Shown: piece after piece, positions 35,191-44,865 of the stretch
Layout: the number at the start of each line of letters is the position of its first letter
How positions within the stretch are numbered: the first letter of the stretch is position 1
Sequence record: MT679221.1
Direction: 5' to 3' (one strand)
DNA: 64,000 nt
Position numbers and translations under genes: made by a program
The notes under the pieces: model-generated
The model's input: the letters and a program-made list of their open reading frames with translations, nothing else
The model's database searches: none
What the model was told of the DNA's origin: nothing

Positions 35191-36897
35191 ATGGTAGAAA
35201 TTCAAATGACTTACACGAGTATGGGGGTACGGGTTGAAGTCCCTATCCGCCAGGCTGAAAGGGCCATACTCGCGTGGGCCGAAGAGAATATGCACGCCCC
35301 AAAGATGGGCAAGCAACATGGACGAATAACTACGGAACGCGGTGACGCGTACTACGCCCACATTCCGTCTTTAAGGACGTTCATTTTCCATAAAGTGTTC
35401 GCTGAGAAGATTAAACATATCCTCCAACGAGCAGCAATTGAATATGCTTTTCAGTACAAGCTGACAGAGCACCATCCTGAGCGAGGAACACCTTACTACT
35501 GTACATTTGATAACTACGGCTTCTCGATGGTAGAAAGCGATCCGGAATCACGCTTCTATTATCAGAACGAAGTTGTGGATGCGGCGTCCGATCCAAACCG
35601 ACCACAGACAATCTTTGCCATCCAGACAGGTCGCGGTAAAACGAAATCGTGTATGAAGTCGATGGTTAAACGGGGAACCCGCACCGCGTTGATTCACCGT
35701 CCGTCGTACGTTCCCAAATGGCTGTTTGACGTCTGTGATGATGAAACAGGACTTCGTATACTTCGTGACGAGGTATTGGTTTGTACTGGCGTACAGGCCA
35801 TCTACGATGCTCTGGAGATGGGTAAGTCGGGAGAGCTAGATAGACGTGGCATTAAGGTAATAATCCTCCCCACGGTCTCTCTACAGCGTTTCCTGAAGGA
35901 ATACATTAACACTGCTGCGACTAACCCCGTGGACCTGGATACGTTTTACGATGTTCTGGGTGTGGGTCTGGTGGCGATGGATGAGGTGCACGAACATTTT
36001 CACCTCGTTTACATGGCAGGTATAATGTTGAACCCGCCAGCATCGATAGAAATGTCTGCAACTCTTAAACCGGGTAGCAGTAAAGCCTTTATCGCGGAGC
36101 GGTATTTAGAACGATTCCCAATGGAGTACCGAATCAGTATCCCGATCATCCCGGTGGTTGACGTGAAGGCGTTGTACTATCGACTGGATGATAAGAAGTT
36201 TGCGTGGTGGGCGTCGAAGATGACCCCGTATAACCACAAACTCTTCGAAGGGAAGCTGATTAAAGAGAACTTGCATTTAGAATACGCGAACATGATCTGG
36301 GATGTGGTTGAGAAATCGTTCCTTAAACGGTATCAGCCTGGTCAGAAGTGTTTGTTGCTATTTGCCACGGTTGCAATGTGTGAGTTCTTTACCGAGTATG
36401 TGAAAGATAAGTTATCGCGTGACCCTGTATTCCATCCATTGATGGTGGCGAAATATAATGCAGGCGATTCGTATGACGACTTTATCCAAGCAGACTTCTC
36501 TATCTCCACACCGGGGAAAGCGGGGACTGCGGTCGATAAACCTGGGTTGGTACACATGTACATTTCAACCCCGGTAGAAGACCAGCAACTGAACGAACAG
36601 ATGGCCGGTCGTCCACGTAAGATTCTCCACAACGAGTGGGGTGAAATAGACCCAACGGTGTGGTTATTCCATGCGTATAACGTACCGAAGCATTGCAATT
36701 ACTTGAATGCCCGCCAGAAATCACTCAAGGATGTCGTATTGTCGTTCCGTATCGCGACATCCCCCTACGTTGTAAGGAAATCACATGCTCACTCCGCCGC
36801 GTCCAGCAGAGCCGCTGCCACCCTACATCGGAATGACTTTAGCAAGTTTTCTCGAAAACATTCTAAAGGCGTATCCCGGCGTAGAAGACGTCGCTAA
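35191..36897 (+). CDS. SF2 DExH helicase (phiKZ gp75-like)
   Basis: QTGRGKT Walker A, DEVH, SAT motif III, QMAGR motif VI; start reassigned to ATG 35191. Confidence 0.9.
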   Translation: MVEIQMTYTSMGVRVEVPIRQAERAILAWAEENMHAPKMGKQHGRITTERGDAYYAHIPSLRTFIFHKVFAEKIKHILQRAAIEYAFQYKLTEHHPERGTPYYCTFDNYGFSMVESDPESRFYYQNEVVDAASDPNRPQTIFAIQTGRGKTKSCMKSMVKRGTRTALIHRPSYVPKWLFDVCDDETGLRILRDEVLVCTGVQAIYDALEMGKSGELDRRGIKVIILPTVSLQRFLKEYINTAATNPVDLDTFYDVLGVGLVAMDEVHEHFHLVYMAGIMLNPPASIEMSATLKPGSSKAFIAERYLERFPMEYRISIPIIPVVDVKALYYRLDDKKFAWWASKMTPYNHKLFEGKLIKENLHLEYANMIWDVVEKSFLKRYQPGQKCLLLFATVAMCEFFTEYVKDKLSRDPVFHPLMVAKYNAGDSYDDFIQADFSISTPGKAGTAVDKPGLVHMYISTPVEDQQLNEQMAGRPRKILHNEWGEIDPTVWLFHAYNVPKHCNYLNARQKSLKDVVLSFRIATSPYVVRKSHAHSAASSRAAATLHRNDFSKFSRKHSKGVSRRRRRR

Positions 36898-37168
36898 GAA
36901 ACTCTGCACCGACGCCACTATCAACCAGGCGTTTCACTACTACATGGTCACTGAACATTACAGCGGCCTGTTCCTTAACCAACGCGGGTTGACGTATTAC
37001 GTCACCCGCACGTCAAGTATCCGTAACACTTCGTCGTACGAGCTTTATACGTACGTGTTGTGGAATGAGAACCCGGCCGGCAGCGTCGATCAGAATCCAA
37101 AGATGGCTTATCGTCTTTACTCTGAAAAATGGCACGATTGGGTGACTGTTCCACACGATGCAAGTTAA
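36833..37168 (+). CDS. Hypothetical protein overlapping the helicase 3' end (start 36785 or 36833)
   Basis: Open frame fills the gap to the next promoter; protein-like composition after 36833. Confidence 0.65.
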   Translation: MTLASFLENILKAYPGVEDVAKKLCTDATINQAFHYYMVTEHYSGLFLNQRGLTYYVTRTSSIRNTSSYELYTYVLWNENPAGSVDQNPKMAYRLYSEKWHDWVTVPHDAS

Positions 37169-37169
37169 T

Positions 37170-37200
37170 CACGTTTTGGGTGTATATTGTGTATACACCC
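37170..37200 (+). promoter_or_regulatory. Middle-type promoter CAC-N15-TGTG overlapped by a 9-bp inverted repeat
   Basis: CAC 37170-72, TGTG 37188-91; GGGTGTATA 37178-86 / TATACACCC 37192-200. Confidence 0.6.
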
Positions 37201-37228
37201 AACCCCTAATTGCAAAAGGATTATTACG

Positions 37229-37849
37229 ATGAGTCGTCGCAAAAAGAAACCCGCTTATAACCCACGTAAAGACGCACGCGATTTCGTCAAGGCGATGATG
37301 CAGTCTGTGTTGAAAAAACAAGCTGTGTTTATCGAAAGTACCGAATTCCTGTCAGGCAAAATTGATCGGGAGCGTGAAGTAACTGAAGCCATTGCGCACG
37401 AAGAGCTGAAAGCTTTCACGTTGAAAGCGCTGGATGAAGCACAAGCGGCATTCCTCGGCATGTGCCAACAAGGCAAAGAGCTGTTCGGTAAACTGATTGT
37501 TGAGGCGGATGCTAAGGCTGTGCCGGTGTTTGACATGCTGAACGATAACAGCAAAACGTGGAAAGAAATCAAAGACCAGTTCCACGTCGACCACACCGAA
37601 CTGTCCCTGATTGACCAGCGGGCGAATATGCTCGCGATGGATATCCAGGGCACCAGTATCGAAATCTTCTCCACGTATAACGCGAAAGTGAAGTTCGTGA
37701 AGCAGGCGCTGAATAACGGTCATACCGTGGAACAAGCCGAAGTTCTGTTGGCCGAAGCTTTGGCTAATAATTCGAAAGAACTCCCTAAAAACGCCATCGT
37801 CGATCACAACGACGTTGTAGTAGAAACCGAGGAAGCGGCTAATGTCTGA
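37229..37849 (+). CDS. Hypothetical coiled-coil-like protein
   Basis: Start reassigned to MSRRKKK (AAAGGA RBS); 206 aa. Confidence 0.8.
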   Translation: MSRRKKKPAYNPRKDARDFVKAMMQSVLKKQAVFIESTEFLSGKIDREREVTEAIAHEELKAFTLKALDEAQAAFLGMCQQGKELFGKLIVEADAKAVPVFDMLNDNSKTWKEIKDQFHVDHTELSLIDQRANMLAMDIQGTSIEIFSTYNAKVKFVKQALNNGHTVEQAEVLLAEALANNSKELPKNAIVDHNDVVVETEEAANV

Positions 37850-39812
37850 GATCCAAGATCAGCGTCCGGGTAATGCCCGTCGCCCTAATCCCGACCAGCC
37901 AGCCCCTGTGGCGGCTGCTACCCAACAAGAGATGATTCTTCCGACCGTGCCTGATGACGCGACCTCGGATGCAATCATCATGGCTATTAAACAAGCCAAT
38001 CCCGATTTTTCTTTTGCCCGTGCAGAAGAAGTTTATCACCAACACTATCATCGTCCGGAGCCTAAGCTTGAGCGTCCGACGTTTGTAGAAGAGGCGTTGC
38101 CTGAACCTGCTGCGCCTGTACCACCGACACCTCAGACTTTTGCTGAACAGGTGCAGGAGCACCTACATCGTGCCCCGGAACCGGTAGTAGAGAAAGCGCC
38201 TGCGGTAGAACCTGCTCCGCAGCCAAAAGCTCCGGAAGCGGTTGCACCGGCACAGCCGGCTGTAAAAGAAATGGAAGATGCAGCACCGAAGGTTCCGGAA
38301 CAACAACAGATGCGTGAGATTGACTTCGGTAATACCCATTTAGCTGAAACCGCCGAAATGGGTGAAGATGAAGCCGATCGTATTCTGACCCAGTCGAAGA
38401 TGTTGATTGGTCTGAAACAAGACCCTAACATCATTGCAGACTCCCTGCAAAAGTTCCTCGGTAATATTAAACGTTCACCGAAAGACGGCCGGCTGCTATT
38501 CGAAAGCCCTGAACAGCAACAGGTTTACGACGACATCTATCGTGCTTTGAACATGACCCCGCCACGTCTACAGGACGGCGTACCGGCATTCGCGGGTGCA
38601 CTGGACCGTGGTGATACCGCTTGGGAACAGCGCGTGATGTTGCCGGACGGTAAGGCATCTGGTGCTATTGCACCGCGTGACAATATGCACACTGGCGCGC
38701 TGGCTGCTTTGCGTCGTGTACGTAAGTCGGGTATTCCGAACATGGTTTGGTTGCCGGCCACAGGTATCTACGTGGGCTTCCGCGCACCGCATGAACGTGA
38801 CCTTTGTGACTTCGACATGCGCCTCACACTGGAAACTGCGACCATCGGTATGCAGACCTACGGTTTGATGCTGTCGTCGTCTTCTGGTGTGTACATGCGT
38901 CACATGGTTGAATTCGCACTTCAGTTTGTTACTGAAGCAACCATCGACTGCGCGGGTAACGATCTGCGTACGGTGCTGTTGGATACCATTGATCTGGCTG
39001 ACTACTGGCTGGTTATTCTGGGTCCGTTGCAGGCGAAGTGGCCGTCTGGTATTCCATGGACGCTGATGTGTGGCGAAGACGGTTGCAACCAGCAGGAAGA
39101 TGTGAAGCTGAACATCGCGCGTTGTATCCGTTTTGGTTCCGGACTGTTTAGCGACCTGCAGAAACAACTGTGGGCACGTCAACGCGGTACTGAGCGTCCA
39201 GTGATTTCTATCGCAGAACAGCGCGAATATATCGCGGCGCATCAGGTTGACCCATCTTCGGTATTTGAATACCACGACGTGCGTGTTGAATTTGGCCGTT
39301 CTACCCTAGGTAGCTTCTTTGACTCCACCGAGAAGTGGATTGAAGACGTTAACGCGTCAACTACGGCAGCGCTGTCTGAATTTGCTACCGAGCGTGAACG
39401 TGAATCCCATATGCGTTTAACTGCGGAAGCCCGTCGCTTAACGCGCTACGCTCACATGGTGAAATCTATCACTGTTAATGAGCAACGTGAAGTAAACGGT
39501 GAAATGCAGGTTATCCCACAAACTGAAACCGATACAGCGAAAATCGTTGAGATGCTGGAAGAGCTGTCTTCCGACCGTATCTACGTTGGTCAGTTTGAAA
39601 ACGCGATTGCTGAATACAACGAACGTACACGTTTAGCGGTATTCGGTTACATGGGTAAACGCTGCCCGGCGTGTGGTAAAACACACGGCGAGAAAGACGG
39701 TCTGTATCGCGGTATTGTTACCATCAGTCCGGACAGGGTTTTTTTCGTGCTCTCTCGAGTGGTGTCCGAGATTCAGAAATTCTTGCTGGATCAATACGCC
39801 GATATTGGCTAG
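37842..39812 (+). CDS. Conserved protein, possible T4 gp26-like hub/tail assembly chaperone
   Basis: 656 aa; P/A/E-rich N-terminal region; Cys pairs CGEDGC and CPACG; ends just after a U7 slippery run. Confidence 0.6.
   Translation: MSEIQDQRPGNARRPNPDQPAPVAAATQQEMILPTVPDDATSDAIIMAIKQANPDFSFARAEEVYHQHYHRPEPKLERPTFVEEALPEPAAPVPPTPQTFAEQVQEHLHRAPEPVVEKAPAVEPAPQPKAPEAVAPAQPAVKEMEDAAPKVPEQQQMREIDFGNTHLAETAEMGEDEADRILTQSKMLIGLKQDPNIIADSLQKFLGNIKRSPKDGRLLFESPEQQQVYDDIYRALNMTPPRLQDGVPAFAGALDRGDTAWEQRVMLPDGKASGAIAPRDNMHTGALAALRRVRKSGIPNMVWLPATGIYVGFRAPHERDLCDFDMRLTLETATIGMQTYGLMLSSSSGVYMRHMVEFALQFVTEATIDCAGNDLRTVLLDTIDLADYWLVILGPLQAKWPSGIPWTLMCGEDGCNQQEDVKLNIARCIRFGSGLFSDLQKQLWARQRGTERPVISIAEQREYIAAHQVDPSSVFEYHDVRVEFGRSTLGSFFDSTEKWIEDVNASTTAALSEFATERERESHMRLTAEARRLTRYAHMVKSITVNEQREVNGEMQVIPQTETDTAKIVEMLEELSSDRIYVGQFENAIAEYNERTRLAVFGYMGKRCPACGKTHGEKDGLYRGIVTISPDRVFFVLSRVVSEIQKFLLDQYADIG
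39740..39771 (+). promoter_or_regulatory. Candidate programmed -1 ribosomal frameshift signal
   Basis: In-phase T_TTT_TTC heptamer 39740-46; 6-nt spacer; stem TCTCG/CGAGA 39753-71; the -1 frame is open into ORF 39857-40228. Confidence 0.6.
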
Positions 39813-39856
39813 ACCAGGAAGACGTTCCGTCCGAGCAAATCATTACAACGCTCAAG

Positions 39857-40228
39857 ATGGATACCACCTCTCTCTTCAAGCAGCGTAGCACACGTCCTAT
39901 TACGTATCAGGAAGCCCATAACGAGCTTCTGGAAGCGTATGACCGTACACTGGCTCTTAATACCGGCGACCATCAGGTAGGATTGTCGGATTTTGAAAAC
40001 CCGGTATACGGTAGTCTTTACGATATCTGGTACGCCACTTACTTACGTGAAGAGGTCGGTGAAAACTACCGGATGTCGATAGACGAGTTCCTCGACCGCC
40101 CCCGCTGGCAGATACTGCTGATGCTCGACAATATCCGTCGTCGCAAAGCGATTATCGCCAAAGCCGGCGAGCAGGTGGCAGGTGAACGTGCGTTAAAGGA
40201 GCTGGAGAAAGATCTGACGGGACATTAA
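39857..40228 (+). CDS. Small protein, possible T4 gp51/gpT-like chaperone C-terminal module
   Basis: 123 aa; no SD before the ATG; MSIDEFLDRPRWQILLML resembles the S-x-x-E-x-x-x-x-P-x-W pattern. Confidence 0.6.
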   Translation: MDTTSLFKQRSTRPITYQEAHNELLEAYDRTLALNTGDHQVGLSDFENPVYGSLYDIWYATYLREEVGENYRMSIDEFLDRPRWQILLMLDNIRRRKAIIAKAGEQVAGERALKELEKDLTGH

Positions 40229-40236
40229 TAGAAATT

Positions 40237-40264
40237 CGGGGCTTCGGCCCCGTTTTCTTTTTTT
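40237..40264 (+). terminator. Intrinsic terminator
   Basis: CGGGGC-TTCG-GCCCCG plus T tract. Confidence 0.85.
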
Positions 40265-40307
40265 ATTCGCCTTGGTATGAATGCCCTTTTCACTATGGAA
40301 CAGAGCC

Positions 40308-41165
40308 ATGATTGATATTTATACCGACTATGCGGCTGTATTGACAGTCAACCGTCACGAAGGTCGTGCAGCACCGATGCTAGATTTAGTGACGCTCGGT
40401 ATGGATTACGGTTACGATGTGGCGTTATCCGATGTTTATAGCAACCCGTTGTCTGACCCTGCGGACGAAACTGTCCGTTTGGAATCCATTATCGTGAAGG
40501 TAGCGGTTGGATTAGGCAACCGCCTCGGTATCGGACTTAATCCACAAATCGTCTTCCAGAAACCGAAAGAAACCGTACGTATCCTTCACGGTGTGTTGGA
40601 AGCCTTCGAAGAGTTTGAAGACAGTGATGCCCTTTACGGGATTGTCTCCTCTGGTGAGACACCAGAATATATCCTGGAGAACATGTGTCGTTATGTTTAC
40701 GGTGACGAAAACCTGCACTTCGAAGACCTGATTACTGTTGTAAGCCCACGCGTGCTTACCGTGATGGAAAACTTCTTAGCAGCAGAGTCGTTGGAAAGCC
40801 AGAAACGAAACAGCGATGATGTGCGCCAAGAGCGTATCGTCACTTACTTGCGGTTGTTCCCTGAGAACCCGTCAGCATTTGTCTTTATGAATCTGCCTGC
40901 TGAGCCAGACTTAACGGTGGTGCAGCAGTCGTTAGAGTTTCGCGTAGAAGACATTAGCGAAATTGATTTGCTGACAATGTATGCAGTGGGCTTATCGATT
41001 ATTCCTCATGCGGAGTTTGACGGGGCTTACGGTGACTTAGAAAAGAACCTTGCCCTGTTGAACGTCGACAACGTCCCGCCTGGAGAAATCTTGCGGAAAG
41101 GATTAGAGGCGTTGAAAGTCATATACGCTAGTGGGGACGCGGAGGTAGATGATGAACAAGATTGA
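40308..41165 (+). CDS. Probable virion protein
   Basis: Likely start MIDIYTD; late-type TATG at 40276 and 40294; co-transcribed with the vRNAP subunit. Confidence 0.65.
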   Translation: MIDIYTDYAAVLTVNRHEGRAAPMLDLVTLGMDYGYDVALSDVYSNPLSDPADETVRLESIIVKVAVGLGNRLGIGLNPQIVFQKPKETVRILHGVLEAFEEFEDSDALYGIVSSGETPEYILENMCRYVYGDENLHFEDLITVVSPRVLTVMENFLAAESLESQKRNSDDVRQERIVTYLRLFPENPSAFVFMNLPAEPDLTVVQQSLEFRVEDISEIDLLTMYAVGLSIIPHAEFDGAYGDLEKNLALLNVDNVPPGEILRKGLEALKVIYASGDAEVDDEQD

Positions 41166-42447
41166 TTATCTGGTCGCTGCGTGTAAAGCAGAAGCTTGGC
41201 GTAGACTGGTGTGGCGTATTGCGGTTTTCAACGTGGCTATCTTTAATGAAAAAGGTGAGCCACCTGAGCAATACGACCTGAACTACATTGACGGCTTGCC
41301 CCACTACTGGGAAAACGAAGAAATTAAATGGGTGCCGATTGAAGGGTGCAAAAAAGATGAAGAGCTGTTCGTCCCGGAAGAACAGTTTGAATTGCGTCCT
41401 GAGATGTACCCAGGTCTAGCTGGTCCCATTCCGACTACCGTGGGTCGCTATGTCTTTAACTGGATTGCTATCTATTACGCTTTCGGTACCCGTCTCCCGT
41501 ATCTGGCAGAGTCTCGTGACCCGCTAGCCTACCGTAAAGAGATGTATGAGCGTTGTGTGGAATATGATGACACCGATCCAGACAACGAAGACGCGATTCG
41601 ACCGTACATGATAGGACGCTTTGTAGGGGGTCTACACGAGCTTGCTCCGTTGTGTCGTGGGATTGCCCCAACAGGAACTATTAGAAGCCTTACAACGCAT
41701 CCTGACGCGTATAAGGTACGTGATGCGTTGCTGTTGAAGCACAAAGACGAACTGGATAACCCTGCGGTTATCGTTATGATTGAAAAAGCTCTCGACGAAC
41801 TTGATAAAGAGTGGTTGAGTGGCGACCAGTCCGTTGAGTTCTACAGCTCGCCTAAAGCGCGTATGCGTCGCCGTAAGCTGATGCTGATGTATGGTATTCA
41901 GACCGCTTTTAAAGAAGGTGCAGATTTTACCTTAATCCCAACGAGTCTGATGGAAGTTGATCAGACCGGGATGAAGTACCTGGTAGAGAAGTTCAATGAC
42001 ACTCGTGAAGGTTCCTTCATGCGTGGTGCAGAAACCGCTAAGGGTGGTGAGCAGGTACGTATCATCCAGATGATCTTCCAGAACCACAAAATCGTGCCTG
42101 GAGATTGCGGGACAAAACTGACACATGCACTTGTAATTAACCAGTATAATTACAAGCGTTATGTTGGCATGAACGCGATGATTAACGGTAAAGTTACCCA
42201 ACTCACCGAAGAGTATTTGAAAACGCAATTCGGTAAAGTTGTTCGACTCCGCCGACCCATCTTATGTCAGCAAGGTCACGTAGACTGTTGTGCGGCGTGC
42301 GCCTCTGCACACAAAGCAGAAGAGCCACGGGCAATCGCTGCGGATATCTCTTCCGGCTTCTCGAACGTTATGACCACCGCAATGGGTGCGATGCACGGTC
42401 GTGAAACCGTGGTTAAAGAGTACATCCCTAAATTCCACATCACCTAA
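41149..42447 (+). CDS. rpoC: Virion RNAP beta' subunit (phiKZ gp80-like)
   Basis: PGDCGT; LRRPILC..CCAACA Zn site; ISSGFSNVMTTAMGAMH trigger-loop-like segment. Confidence 0.85.
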   Translation: MMNKIDYLVAACKAEAWRRLVWRIAVFNVAIFNEKGEPPEQYDLNYIDGLPHYWENEEIKWVPIEGCKKDEELFVPEEQFELRPEMYPGLAGPIPTTVGRYVFNWIAIYYAFGTRLPYLAESRDPLAYRKEMYERCVEYDDTDPDNEDAIRPYMIGRFVGGLHELAPLCRGIAPTGTIRSLTTHPDAYKVRDALLLKHKDELDNPAVIVMIEKALDELDKEWLSGDQSVEFYSSPKARMRRRKLMLMYGIQTAFKEGADFTLIPTSLMEVDQTGMKYLVEKFNDTREGSFMRGAETAKGGEQVRIIQMIFQNHKIVPGDCGTKLTHALVINQYNYKRYVGMNAMINGKVTQLTEEYLKTQFGKVVRLRRPILCQQGHVDCCAACASAHKAEEPRAIAADISSGFSNVMTTAMGAMHGRETVVKEYIPKFHIT

Positions 42448-42460
42448 GGATTGTTTCCTC

Positions 42461-42961
42461 ATGACTAAGAAAGACACTACTACCCTTGACCCGCGTACAG
42501 AAGGCGTGGTCCGTGATAGCGCTTCTTACAGCAACGACGACCAATATCGTGTTAAACTGATCACCACGATGCTCGATGAAGCAGGTAACAATGCCGGCCC
42601 ACGTAAAGCATCTGGTACCCAGGCTGAGAAAGATGCGTATAATAAGCTGCATCACTCTTTCCGTGAGCTGTTTAAACTGCGTGGTCAGGCATTCCTAGAC
42701 GGTTTCTACGCCTTTGTAGAAGCGGCTAATAAGCACCGTAACGGTATTTTCTACGCACCGGCTGCTAATAACCGTATCAGTGAGAACTTCCCGAATCGTG
42801 ACGAGCGTGAAGTCTTCGTTATCTTTATTAACATGCTGATTCGTTACGCACGTTGCGCCGACAAAGGCCGTTTCCGCGATACCAACGATGTTGACCGTCT
42901 GGCTCGTCGCTTGAACGACCCAGACCTGCGTTCGCTGGTTATGCACGCCTTTGGCGGTTAA
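42461..42961 (+). CDS. Hypothetical protein
   Basis: Start reassigned to MTKKDT (TAAGGA RBS); 166 aa. Confidence 0.8.
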   Translation: MTKKDTTTLDPRTEGVVRDSASYSNDDQYRVKLITTMLDEAGNNAGPRKASGTQAEKDAYNKLHHSFRELFKLRGQAFLDGFYAFVEAANKHRNGIFYAPAANNRISENFPNRDEREVFVIFINMLIRYARCADKGRFRDTNDVDRLARRLNDPDLRSLVMHAFGG

Positions 42962-43007
42962 ATAAAAGTACCTCTCTACCCTAGGGTAGAGAGGCCTTTC
43001 TTTTTTT
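42961..43007. terminator. Bidirectional terminator
   Basis: CCTCTCTACC-CTAG-GGTAGAGAGG with A and T tracts. Confidence 0.85.
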
Positions 43008-43010
43008 GTT

Positions 43011-44795
43011 TTAGAACCCGCAGATGTATTCCATAGGCTCTGTCACTACTTCCCCTTGCTTACGTAAGAACGTAGACAGGACAGTGTCTTTGTCCGGTAA
43101 GCAGAAGAAGTCTGTCGCTATTTCCATGGCATTAACTCGCCCAGCAGTTAAGTTGACGCCCGTGCGACGTCGAATCTCTTCACTAACCCCATTGATGGAC
43201 AGTAGTTCGATGAGTGTGGTCTCACGAGACTGGTTCATCATGTTTGTGGCCGACGGGTAGGCCTGGGTTAAGTCCGCATCCGCAGTTTGACCACGGAACG
43301 CAGAGTAATATTCGTCAATCTCCTCCAGAATGTTATTCAGACCGTTCTCAGCATTCATACATGCTGTCAGGGTAACAATCCAACCGTCTGTACCGATAAC
43401 CTCTTCATCGTAATCGTTACGCATTGCAGACCCTACGGAACCGATGACGTATCCTTTGTCATACAGATAATAGGTAAAGGCCACGCAGATACGTTTTGGT
43501 AGCGACGGGAAGATATCGTACATCGAGAAACCTGCCAGAATGGATATTGCCGAAGACAAGTCGTTCGTCTTCTTATCCAACAACACGATTAACAAGTTAT
43601 CCATCATGTTGTATACGGCATATTCGGCAGGGTAGTCCCGTTGTGCTTTTATGTGCCATTGCAGGTTATCTTCATACGGCAGTCCAGGAATGTCGAGTTT
43701 GTGTAAACCGAGTTCGGTGTACAGTATGGCAGATAACTTGTACGAAGGACGTTGCCCTTCGTGGACACGCAACGAACGGAATAACACCATGGCATCCACA
43801 CAGTAGAAAGACGCAGTACAGTAGAGTACGTGCCACTGTTGTGACGGTGCTTTGGTGAGTGACTTGGATTCCGTCTTTTTGTTCGCCTGGTCTTCTTTAA
43901 ACCACAGACGACGGTATTTCTCCGGCACATCCGGATGGTTAAAGACGCCCAGTGGATCGATGCCTTCTTTCTGCAAGGTTTCTAACATGCGTGAAATATC
44001 GAACTGGTGGTTCCATGCGACCAGCAAATCAGGAAGACGCGGATGAATTTCTTCGAACATCCTGACGATGCACTGCCCTGCCGTAGCGCAGGTATAGGTG
44101 AAGATTTTATAACCGCTGATAATGTCTTTGGTCTTTGTCACCTTTTCGCCAGTCTTTTTGTCTTTCTCATCGAATTCGATTTTGCTTAAGAGTTCCTGCG
44201 CTTTTTTGAGAATGACTTCTTCCGCGTTTTTACCGATGCGGTCCATGTAGTTCTTAGCACCAAAGAAATGGATTTCGTCATCTAAGATAAATGACACGAT
44301 CCACGGTTCCTTCGTGCCGTCCATTTCGTTGGTCTCTACGTCGTATACACAAAGACGGTTAGGACTGATGTTGTTTGGCCAGCGTTTTAAGTATTTCTGT
44401 TTAATCCAGCTGGTAATCGGTAAGTCGGCCCAATAAACGTACGGGCTAGTACAAACACGCCGCAGGTTCTTTTTCGGGTCAGGGAAACGTGCACCTAAAC
44501 CCATCTGCAACGTCTTTGCCATTTGTGCATCGGTGGTCCAGAGTTCTTGACATTTTCCTTTTTCTTCGAACTCTTTTTTCTCCTGGTGGTTACGATATTC
44601 TTCACGGGTAACGTACACCGGACGCTTTAAATTCTCACGCATTACCAAGCGCGGGATAAGCCTGCCATCCTTAGTATGGATGACCTCTTTGATGAGGACA
44701 AAGTCATTTTCTTTTTCTTCGTCCGTCGCATAAGCGACGTGCTTGCACTCTTTAGCGATGACATCCTCGGGTGCGTAATAGGTATTGATTTCCAT
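43011..44795 (-). CDS. Family B DNA polymerase, N-terminal subunit (3'-5' exonuclease + motif A)
   Basis: ExoI YDVET, ExoII WNHQFDI, ExoIII YNMMD, motif A DADLTQAYPS. Confidence 0.9.
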   Translation of the reverse strand: MEINTYYAPEDVIAKECKHVAYATDEEKENDFVLIKEVIHTKDGRLIPRLVMRENLKRPVYVTREEYRNHQEKKEFEEKGKCQELWTTDAQMAKTLQMGLGARFPDPKKNLRRVCTSPYVYWADLPITSWIKQKYLKRWPNNISPNRLCVYDVETNEMDGTKEPWIVSFILDDEIHFFGAKNYMDRIGKNAEEVILKKAQELLSKIEFDEKDKKTGEKVTKTKDIISGYKIFTYTCATAGQCIVRMFEEIHPRLPDLLVAWNHQFDISRMLETLQKEGIDPLGVFNHPDVPEKYRRLWFKEDQANKKTESKSLTKAPSQQWHVLYCTASFYCVDAMVLFRSLRVHEGQRPSYKLSAILYTELGLHKLDIPGLPYEDNLQWHIKAQRDYPAEYAVYNMMDNLLIVLLDKKTNDLSSAISILAGFSMYDIFPSLPKRICVAFTYYLYDKGYVIGSVGSAMRNDYDEEVIGTDGWIVTLTACMNAENGLNNILEEIDEYYSAFRGQTADADLTQAYPSATNMMNQSRETTLIELLSINGVSEEIRRRTGVNLTAGRVNAMEIATDFFCLPDKDTVLSTFLRKQGEVVTEPMEYICGF

Positions 44796-44865
44796 GGTCT
44801 ACTCTCAAATATGGTGTCTGCTATACTGATTTGTGGGTAACGTATTTTCTAAAAGGAACGTCTAA

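Noticed and set aside
39736-39742. GGGTTTT as the slippery heptamer
   Set aside because: Not in phase with the upstream ORF (codons are AGG GTT TTT TTC); the in-phase heptamer is T_TTT_TTC.
39673-39888. 71-aa +1-frame ORF spanning the frameshift junction
   Set aside because: Wrong frame to join the two genes; GTG start without RBS; non-protein-like.
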